The translations under genes and the position numbers were made by a program. A stretch of DNA of 44,410 bases, filler included, from Sphacelaria rigidula (Eukaryota), in the NCBI GenBank assembly GCA_964200075.2. It is 2 parts of 2 records of this genome, joined end to end, with 100 filler letters (N's around TTAATTAATTAA, not from the genome) between each part and the next. Parts side by side here need not be neighbours in the genome. Positions count along the whole stretch, not along the records: positions 22,269 to 44,410 come from CAXNAA020000350.1; 1 more part is not named here. One strand, written 5' to 3'. Below are positions 34,791-44,410 of the stretch, in pieces (position 1 is the stretch's first letter; each line of letters begins with the position of its first letter). The notes beneath the pieces are model-generated. The model saw nothing but the letters and a program-made list of their open reading frames with translations. It had not been told where the DNA came from and did no database searches.

Positions 34791-37209
34791 TTGATGGTTT
34801 TGGTGTTATGAAGGCATAGCTCGTACCATGTGGTCGTTGTGGCGTTCGTGACCGGCGAATGGGCGGGAAAAGAGCCGAATGTGTGGGAGCCATGGTTGGA
34901 GTTGGCGCCGTGGATTCCCTCGCGCGCAGTGTGCCGCATCAAATACAGCATGGGGAGCGATGGCCCAAGACACGTAATTTTTTGGCCGACTGGTGGCTCA
35001 GATAAGGTACAATTGAAATATAAATTTCTAGATCAGGTATACCTGGCCGAATTTTGGCCTAGAAAAGGGGCGTGGTTTCTCGAGGCGAGAAGTCCTGCTG
35101 CGCATGGCCATTTCTCGCGAATCACGTGATTTATTTATTTTTTTCGATGTCCGGGTGCCGAGGAGCCCCCTGGTTGCTGTGCGTCAAAAATTCGGAGCGA
35201 AATCGGTCGGGATTGTGTGTATTGCTGTTTTCGCATTTCTAGTCATTTTTCGTACCATTCTTGGGTAAAAAACGATTAGGTGTACCTGTTGCAGGCCATT
35301 GCCCTTTTTTATCGTGAGTTGTTCACGATTTAGCTCCGAAAAGTCTACTAAAATCCTCAGTCACCAATAACTCACGGGAAAGAAAAAAATGTATGGGGAG
35401 GGATGATGGGGTCTTCGCACTTACATCATGCCAGTCTTATGCCAAAAAAAAAAAATCAAGTCAACTGCCAAGATTCCCGCATACTAAAGTCATACGCACC
35501 TCGTGTATCTTTCGTTGCTTCAACAGGGTTCAGTATTTTATTTTCAGTACAAAGCAAGGGTTATTTTGCTCGTGGATTTCTCCGCCGCGTCTGTTGTAAC
35601 CAGCCTGAAACTTGGCACAGGGGTAGACCACAACACAGACAGCATATTCCCGGAGCGGCGGCACGTTTTACGTGGTGCGCTAGTAGCACGAAGCAAAATA
35701 CAGATTTTGGGCAATGTCATCGATACGCCCTCAAAACGCAGTCCCTTCGGCCCAGACTGCGTGAGACGTCAGTGGATGCATATATTGACACGCAAATACG
35801 CTCTCTTCCTGCTGGGTGGCTCCTGCCCCGGCAGACGAACACATCTATCCGTATTGCGCACACTCTGGATGATGTCATACTACGCGGTACTTATCTTGGT
35901 ATCGCCTGTAGAGGTGCTCACTTCAGGAGACACGGCCGTGCAAGCGCTGTTAGTGCTTTTACGTGCTGCAACTTCGACCACATGTCGTGTAGACTACAGA
36001 CAACAACCCCATCTTGCTGAATCTGGGGTTGCGCGGCGTGTGCGTGCGTATTGGGGCGAAAAGATGTCGGATTCTGTTCCGATTCTCTTCTTTTCTTTTT
36101 TCGGCGTAAGACTGATGCACTCTGTGTCAAAAATTCATTAAAAACAACCTGAAATTGAGCAGTACAATCGCATGTTTGTGTCGAAGACCAGTTTCTATGT
36201 GGAGACGGACCATCCGCGAAAAAAATAAACGCGGTTATGCTGTTCAGTTTCAAGGCGTTTTCCGCGAAATTTTGACACGATTTCCACGAGGTATGTCGTA
36301 CAGGCCCTACTGTCCCCCCTTGACGTTTTTTTCAATGAGTTGTCGATGATTTTGTACCGAAAAATGTTCCGAAATTTCGATCGCCAATCACTCACGAGGG
36401 AAAGGAAAAAATGAAGGGGAAACGATAGGGGCTTCGCACATAACCTATCTACATCGCGTCATGATTTCATGGTGAACGACTCAAAATTCAGCTGCACAAT
36501 CGCGCTTTTCCGCTGAGAACCGGTTGAGTTGCTTTGCTGCAGGGTTGCGGTGGTAGCTGCTGGAAATAAGTGTTGTGGGGTTTGCATGGTTCGATATGTG
36601 AACGGCGGGTGATATCTGGCGTGGTGGTCTACTGCAAGATTGCAAAAGTCCCAAAAGTACGCTGGAGGCAGTGCGGACACAAGTGTCGTCCAGATGCTTG
36701 TTTTTAGAGTACAGCAACCTCAGCCGGAACTTCGAGGTTCTCTACAAGCTTTTTCACCCACTGCCCTCACCAGTTCGCACACCACCACCAGACGCCTTGG
36801 CGCACTGGAGGCCTCGTCTGCGTGCCATCTCAGACACTGCGAGCCAAAGTACGACATGCATTTTTGTACAACCACAACTTACGCAGCACCATCACTTTGC
36901 GGCCGCGGCACAAGCGGCTGTTACTGAAAATACGATTTCAGCCGTTTTTTTGTCCTAATTCCGCCGCACATGTCAAATCAACTCTCTACACTTCGCGGCA
37001 GACTACAGTTTGGTATTTCCTTTGATGGGAACTTGTCGGATAGCAGCGCTACTTGAATTGAAAGACAGGCGCTGATTTGCAGATCACCACGATGTGTCAT
37101 AGTACCTCGTGATATATCGTCAGCTACAACTGGCTGGAGGAAAGTCCGTTTCTTCGGCGGCCCAACCTGTACGGGCTTTTACTAGATTTCATCAAACCCC
37201 GTTTACTCT

Positions 37210-37478
37210 GAGGGCTGTTCACCAAGTGGTCGGGAACTTTGGTTGATACTACAAATGAGGTGTCGCCAACCGTGACCCTGAACCCAACCCTAACCCCGAG
37301 GGTTAGGGATAGGCTTTGAGGTCTGCCAACGCACACTTTGCCTAGGACACCTTATGCACCCCCCGTGCCCGAGGGTTCTCTCGTGTTAGGCTCAGGGTTA
37401 GGGTTGTTAGCGTTGTGGTTGGCGGCACCTCATTTGTAGTACTAACCATTGTTTCCGACCATTTGGCAACCAGCCCTC
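37210..37478. mobile_element. MITE with about 60-bp TIRs and internal telomere-like CCCTAA/TTAGGG repeats
   Basis: GAGGGCTG...TACTACAAATGAGGTG(T/C)CGCCAACC inverted at both ends; related partial copies at 30633-30830 and 39220-39390. Confidence 0.8.
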
Positions 37479-37692
37479 TTCTCCAATCAAGCAACAACCA
37501 TTATTCCCGACCACTTGTTCACATTGGATGCAGAGGAGCGTTGTTCATGAACAGTCACGGTTCTAGTGTAAACAGAGTAGGTTTCGAGGGTTGTCGACGA
37601 GCTTTTCCTGCCGGGTCGCGAAACGGGGGAATATCGTAGTAAAATATGGATGATAGAATAATATGGATGATGGATGGTTTCTATAACAACAC

Positions 37693-37931
37693 GTGTGTGC
37701 GTGTGCGTGTGCGTGTGCGTGTGCGCGCGCGCCATCTATTCTGGACGCCAGTCTACACCATTCGGTATATGTGGGCGCATCAGCCGGGATCACACAGGAG
37801 GAACGCGAACACAGGAGTTTCTTAATATTTCTTAATAAAAAATCCCAGATCATGACCGCACCGAGATTTGAACCCACGACCATACCGTCAGCAGGTTTCG
37901 AGGTTACCACCTGAGCCACCGGGGCGACGGG
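37693..37931 (-). mobile_element. tRNA-derived SINE, internally shorter copy with (ACACGC)n tail
   Basis: Reverse complement reads CCGTCGCCCCGGTGGCTCAGGTGGTAACCTCG...GGTTCAAATC...CCCGGCTGATGCGCCCACATATACCGAATGGTGTAGACTGGCGTCCAGAATAG. Confidence 0.8.
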
Positions 37932-39219
37932 GTATAGTTGTAGAATTATGTACAAACTGAGTGTTTTCGGAACAAAAATACAGGCACGGAAGTACGAGTC
38001 CGAGCAACTCATAATGGGGAAACTGAAAGCTGAACGGAACCAGGAGTTGGGAGGTTGGCCAATATCTGACGGAAAACCAGCGGGGTACGCATCGTTTGTG
38101 TTCTGTACTGTGTACTATAGTGGACCACTGTCCTGCGCTGGAGGCGCAAGAGTACGTTTTAGAGACAGTGACTTGCAGTACCTGTCCTGCATCACCCCAA
38201 TCGAATGCCCCTCAACCACGATTTTGTTGAGATCTGCTTATGGAAAGAAATCGAGGGCCTTCCCATAAAAACGCAAATATCGGCGGCGCTGCCACGGCAT
38301 ACTAAAAAAAGTGAGCGTTATATACGTACCACCGGGGGGTGTTACACACCGTCACACACTACATGACCGTCCCGTGCTGTCTCTTGTATCTCACCTTGAC
38401 TCTATGCCACTCGCCCCAATCTCTCCACGGAAGCATTCGCGGGATACATACGCTAGCGTCCGTATTCGATGAGCAAGCCATGTCGTCTTTGCCCCGCTCT
38501 CCAGCTGATGACGACGCCTCCGCTACACTGTAGACCACAAGTGTTGCGCCTGATTTAGTAGTGAATCCTGTTCTTCACTGCCTCCCGAAGAACAAGGCGC
38601 GGCGACTGGCGGCGAAGTTAAAAAAAATGGATGCACCATATAACCACAATGATAATGACAAACTGCTGTGGAATTGCTCCAAAAATGATCTCCTCAACGA
38701 AGTCTTGTTCAAGTCTACAAATACAAACCACAGACCACAAACCAGCGATGGATCCGTGCCGCAAAGAACAGACTGGGGACTGTCACAATTTTTCAAGGTG
38801 AAACGTCATTTTCCAGCCGCCCAAGAAAACATTTAGCAAAATCACTGATCGGACTTGGATCAAAGAATGAAGCGCGATCGAAGTGCATCAAAGCCACAAA
38901 ATATACGCTGATCTGTCAACCGATTTTTTCTGTTCCTCGTTACATTTTTCCGGGGCTTGTCGGTTCAGTCTCGCCTGATATCCTATGCCATGTACGAAGT
39001 ATCCTTGAACCCTACGGTGAGGACGTTGTAGTACGACAGACAGTGCCAATAACACCGCCGTGAAATACGATGGAGCTTGAATGGAGCCTGCCTTCCGACC
39101 CGACAAATGCTGTACTTCGTACAAGTACTGTACTGTTGTACTACTGTTGCCCTGACCACAGTTCGAGCCATCGGGTCTGCATCGTGACCAGCGGGACTGT
39201 CTGCCTACCTGCTCATGTT

Positions 39220-39390
39220 GAACCAACGCCAACACTAACCCCACCCGTGACCCCGACTCTGACCAAGCCGTTCGAGAACCCTCGTGCAATGGGGGTTCAA
39301 ATGTTGCTCTAGGCAAAGTGTGCGTTCGTAGACTTCAGATCGGCGCCTGCAACGCCGATGTGGACAAGAACACGTTGTGGCAAACTTGAC
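39220..39390. repeat. Partial copy of the 37.2-kb telomere-repeat TIR family
   Basis: Shares GAGAACCCTCG and CTAGGCAAAGTGTGCGTT; its continuation matches the 30.7-kb copy. Confidence 0.7.
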
Positions 39391-42300
39391 GGCTCGATTA
39401 GTAGTCAGCTAACAGCAATGATAGGGAACAGGCTGTTATTGCAAACAAAACACGAAGTGCACTCATTTAGAGACCGGTCAGAAGGCAGGCTCACATTCGA
39501 TGGCGCTATTTCCGCATTTTTGCAGTAGCGCTGACCCCAACCCCAACCCTGATCCTGACCCCGACCAAGGCATACTGAACTGTCTGTGGTCAGTACAACA
39601 GAGAACAGGAGCAGTCAGTACAAGAACAGGCTGTACAACGCAAACACAGTACGAAGTACAGAAAGTCATTTGAAGACGGGTCGGAAGTCAGACTCGCATT
39701 TCGTGGCGATGTTCTCAGCACCGTCCTGACTGTAGGGTTCAAGGACATTTCGTGTACAGCACATCCAGACGCACAAAATGATTCACGCACAGACTGAAGC
39801 AACGACCCCCGGCCCCCAGCAAAATATGACGAAGAAAACCGGAACGGACAGAATCTGTGGAAGGATCCCCGCAAAAATGTGGGTTGTTCCTTGGTTGTTG
39901 TGTTGTGAAAGAGTGGGTGGATCTTTAAATTCCTCAATATATGGGGTTTAATTATTTCGCTTGACAGGACCCCAGAACTGTTCAAAACATTTTATCTGCA
40001 TTTCAGTATCGGAAAGAAAAAAAAGAAGAAACAGTTGCAGACTGCTTCGTTGGTTTTCAAGAACGGCCCAGAGAGCAGCACACCTCCGCTCCGTCAGGGC
40101 GCACTTGGTGCTGGAGGACTCTGACAACTATGCGAGCACTGCATCGTGTACCAGCAACTAGAAAAAAACTATTCCTGGGATTTCTGCTGTCACTACCGGC
40201 AGTCATCCTGTTCAAGCTCTGGTCGATTGGGAGGCAGCTGTCGGGGGGTAGCGAAGCGATCATATCCGCTCGGATTTCGGTGGCATCGTCCTCGCAGGAG
40301 TGCAGCTGGCAGGAAGACAATGGACCCCTGTTGTACCGGATAAAGCACAACACGAAACACCCCAGTGGTCAGTAGCCCTACTGAACTACACTTCTGCAGC
40401 GTACTGTGCTGTACCATGCGAGATGTGTGTCATGTTAGTGTGTAAGGTCTGCTTCATATCAGCCAGGTTTTTTGCACCGTACCCTACTGTACCTGAAAGA
40501 TTCGTAGTAGTGAGAGGCGCCGAACGTGACATCACGGTCGAAATGCAGTACAACATTACCATTGTACAGTGCAGTCGTCAGAAGTCCGTCCCTCCGCTTT
40601 GCGCTGTTATTCCTTTTCAATAATATGGAGGCGGTATTTTTTTAGAGTAGGCGCCCCAACACAGCACACCTGGCGTCTGATGAAGCTGAAACTTGACGCA
40701 TGTGTGGGTTAAAGACGCAGCTAGGTGTTGACGCAACATTTGCGACAATTCAACGCGCTCTACGTGCAGGGTGGCCTGAAACGATGATTTTGCACGACGC
40801 CGTAGTGATTGCGAAAACTAGAACACTTTCTAATGACAGTTGTTGTGGGTGATTATATCGAATCCGTGCGGAGCCAGGGGTAGATTTTGCAAACGTTGTT
40901 ATTTACGTCGGTCCCTTGTCGGTCGAGGCTGGCAATAAGACGGGAAATGCTCAACAGTGAAGGTTCTCCGTATGTCGGAGGCAGATGCCGTTGAGGTTTA
41001 GGCGCCATATCGAGCAACACCGGGTCGCGCGGAGTTGCCAAAGAGGAGAGTGTGTTCAGGCGAGGAGTACGGCGAACCTGCTCCGGCAGCGGGCAACGTC
41101 TCTTCTCCTACAGCGCCAGACTTACCCTGCTCCTTATGACGGTGGCGTGAGAAAAGCAGGAGAAGTTTCTGTAGTTTCCTTCCACCACAATTAACCGGAC
41201 ATTCTGTGGCAAAATGGTTCCATATGAAGATATTGACCTTTCCCTGACAGACACGTCTTCGGGCGTTTTGCGGACTTCACCTCATTTTCATTCGCTCTTA
41301 GCGTGCAACTTCCGCCACCTGGACACCTGTCGCGACAGGTACAATGTACTGCAAACAGTATCGCACATCGTTTGTATCGCGACCACATCCCATCCTGTAT
41401 TCATTTTTTCCTCACACTTTGAACCCCTCCCCTTCCTCGAGATGAGTCCGAGGTCTCAAGGGATCAACCCATCTCTTCCCCGGTACGTGCTTTTCATTTT
41501 GGTCTCGCGGATTGGGTCATCACTCCCGCACCGCGTCGACTCACGCCAAACAAACTCGGTCAACAACTTTTGTTTACTCACGTTCTCACGCTTTCCACGG
41601 TCGAAGTCATACATTGCGAAGAAAAAACCCAACGCGTCGGGAATCGGACCCCTGTTTTCCTACCTCATGGCGACAGTCGGACCATTACAAATGCCAGCGG
41701 GGGGCACACTGCGGAATACCGCGTGGGTAAACCAGAAGCGTGGGCACAGTGTGAAGCAGATCTGACGGCAGTAATATCCATCCGTACTCCCGGTGCAGTC
41801 ACTGCAATACCGTGGAGCGTGTCTTCCGCGGTTGAGGTAGTTGTGACCGACAACTATCGCGCAGACTTGGTGTAAAATATTGAAGCCCGTCGCGGCATCA
41901 AGCACGGTGACCGTACTGTGCAGTGCAATCTACTGTTGCAGAAAATTTGAAGCAAAGACGGCGCACGAGTTTTTTCACCGCTTACTCCGGCGGCGCTGGG
42001 ATACGAAGAACTTTAAAAACCCTTGGTATCATGTGGTTTTAAAACTTACAGCCGAGGCACAGGCGGCATTTTCATGGCCACGTCGGGATCGCTTTCCATC
42101 GCAGCATAAATGCACGTACGCGAGGCAACCCTCTCGCATTATCACCACCCTCCAATGCTCGGGATCCAATATTTGTAGCGATCAGCATTTTGATGGGTGT
42201 TTGTAGACTCATTGGGATGTTGATTGTTTGTAAAGCACGGCCCATGTGCCCAATTTGTCGTTGGTGTCGTCCTCGTTGTTGTTTTTGTCTTCGAAGTTTA

Positions 42301-44410
42301 AATCGTTTCGGACCGGGCATATCACGCGGACGCTTCCCGTCGTGGAAGACAAAGAACCCAAACATGGGGGAAAATTAAATTGAATGATAACAAATCGTAC
42401 CATAAAGGAATCACACAGATGCGATACAAAAACATGAAATATCTAATTAAAGTGGTGATAATACAACGAAAATGAAAAGAAGGAGTGGAGAAGAGAGGGG
42501 ATCGACGGTGCGCACGCGATCGCTTGGCGATAGCAAGCCGTGCACACCGCATGAGCATATACGTCGTAAAACGCGACAGAGGTTTTTCGTGCACCGCCGT
42601 CCGTCGCGCTTATTTCCCAACCGCTCCACGCCGTGAAAACGTACCGAAATAACTTGATTATTGTGGGACCGGATCCCCACAAACATGTGGTTTGCACACA
42701 GGGGCATTTTTGTGGATCGGCGTCATTTTCCATCGTTTCCACGTGAAACTGGAATTAGTGTTACCGTACAGCACCGCGCCAATAATATTAATGACGCCAC
42801 TGCACGTCGGCGCCATTGCGCGACATCAAAACCCTCGCCTCTACCCGCCTTCACATCCGCACGAACGCCGTCGCACTGTACGGCCCGCAACTCTGGGCGT
42901 TTCCATACAAATTGCCCTTGTCTGTCGTCGCAACTGCCACCACTACACCACCCAAAAAGTAGTTGCGCATCACACTCGACGGGCGGACCATGACACATCC
43001 AGCACTCTCGCCGCCGGGTCCCGACGCTGGGATCTGCGCGGCAGTTTTACCGGGTGACCGGCGTCACTAGAGCATAACTTCATCGGGCCCGTCTCTACGG
43101 TCGCATCTCCGTTCAACCGTCACGTCCTGCCATCCCGCGGCGCCCTTCTTTCCATGGCCAACGGGTAAAACGCTAGACCTGCTGGACGTGAAGACCTGGG
43201 CCAGTCGCAGTAACAAAAGCACGACAGTGGTAGGGCGTCTCCAATTCCGGTGATACTTCAGCATGAAGTTGCTCTATGTCGGACGCAATGTTCACTCCTG
43301 TAGGGGAGTTTTCACACCCTGCACAACTACAATAGTTAGTAGTTGTTTCTCAAATAGCTAACTGTTCATAATCGTGCGCAACTACAGTAGTTGTTTCCAA
43401 ACAACTGCCAGGTAGTTGGTCAACAAACAACAAAATCTAGTTGGGTTTAGTCGCGAAATATGAAAACGCTGTATAGAAGTGGTGTGGACTTATATCTGGG
43501 CAGGACAGGGAGTAGGCCAGAAAGATCAAGCCGACCTATTTCTGGATAAGGAAAATACAAGAGTATGCGGTGTGATGAGAAGTAAAGGCATATGTCATTC
43601 GGGGCGCAAGCATGGCACGTTCAAGGTTTAGGCTTTACTGTTGTTTCATGTGTGCATCGCGTGCAATTGGTTTGATCGACCACGGTTCGCCTCCGACATC
43701 GAAACAGACACGTTTTCTGGCCACAATCTGCTGCTGGTGCTGGTGAAGGGGCGGCTGGTGTCTCTCGTGTGTGTTTGTGTGTGAGTGCGTGGAGGGCTCA
43801 CATGTTCATGCGTCAGTTCGATCGCAGCCAACGGTCTAATTGTAATTCTTCCGCGATGTTGACAACTACCCTGGCAACCAAACAACTACTTGTTCAGAAT
43901 CGTGGGCAACTACGTGCTGGGCCAGCTGAAAGTGATTTTCGAATGTATCCTGATGATGCGGTTGGTAATTCGAAGAGTTAGGCGCTGAAATTTTGAAACA
44001 ACATTTTGTCATCGACCCGCGCATTATTATGGAAGCGGTGCAGAGGAAAAAACAACCAAACAGGAAGTAAGAACGAGTTAAAGTTCCAGCAGAAACAGGA
44101 AAAATGCTAGAACTCCGTGAAAAGTTGATAAATACGGCTGCACCCCCAACAATGTTGCGGGCACTCGCGTCCGGGATATCCTGGTGAAGTTTCGTCCGAA
44201 AATATCCCACATTGAGCGCCGCATCGCACTGTTCGCGTGACACAGCCGCGCCCCTTTTATCCAAGTGATACAGGACACCCCGGTTATGGAGGTCATGAGT
44301 TCCAATCCCGACACATTCTATTTTTTTTCGTTCTCGTGAAGGTAATATATTAGAGCAATGGACTAGAAAAGGTATACCTTCTCGTTTTTTGCCCAAGAAA
44401 GGTACGAAAA

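Larger units (their letters stand above)
32655..35290. mobile_element. Long inverted-repeat element hosting the nested insertions
   Basis: 32732-32963 is the reverse complement of 34829-35061 with high similarity; 32655-32721 matches 35223-35290 inverted. True termini not resolved. Confidence 0.75.

Noticed and set aside
41125..41260. Minus-strand LIVVEGNY resembling a uridine/pantothenate-kinase-like motif
   Set aside because: Flanking residues do not fit the family, there are in-frame stops just upstream, and no P-loop exon was found.
293..44396. Most ORFs in the six-frame track
   Set aside because: They are short, overlapping and lack recognisable domains; the real coding sequence is spliced and only partly overlaps a few of them.

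Overview
This is eukaryotic genomic DNA, not prokaryotic. It is most likely a brown alga (Phaeophyceae), inferred from the short GC-rich exons, 0.5-1.9 kb repeat-filled GT-AG introns and TTAGGG-type repeats. The left half (2091-21343, minus strand) holds 16 consecutive, phase-compatible exons (2614 nt, about 871 codons) of the giant axonemal central-pair protein HYDIN. The gene continues beyond this stretch in both directions. At 22169-22268 there is an artificial 100-nt spacer (N44-TTAATTAATTAA-N44) joining two scaffolds, and no HYDIN exon was found to its right, so the two halves are probably not true neighbours. The right half is mostly non-autonomous transposable elements: a tRNA-derived SINE family, piggyBac-like TTAA elements, a PIF/Harbinger-type MITE nested three deep, a CACTA-like mini element and a TIR family carrying telomere-like repeats. 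It also holds a low-confidence plus-strand spliced gene of unknown function (27801-29790). Most ORFs in the supplied track are spurious. I found no convincing novel protein-coding system; the best candidates for undescribed biology are the repeat families. Homology calls rest on recalled motifs, not on database searches.
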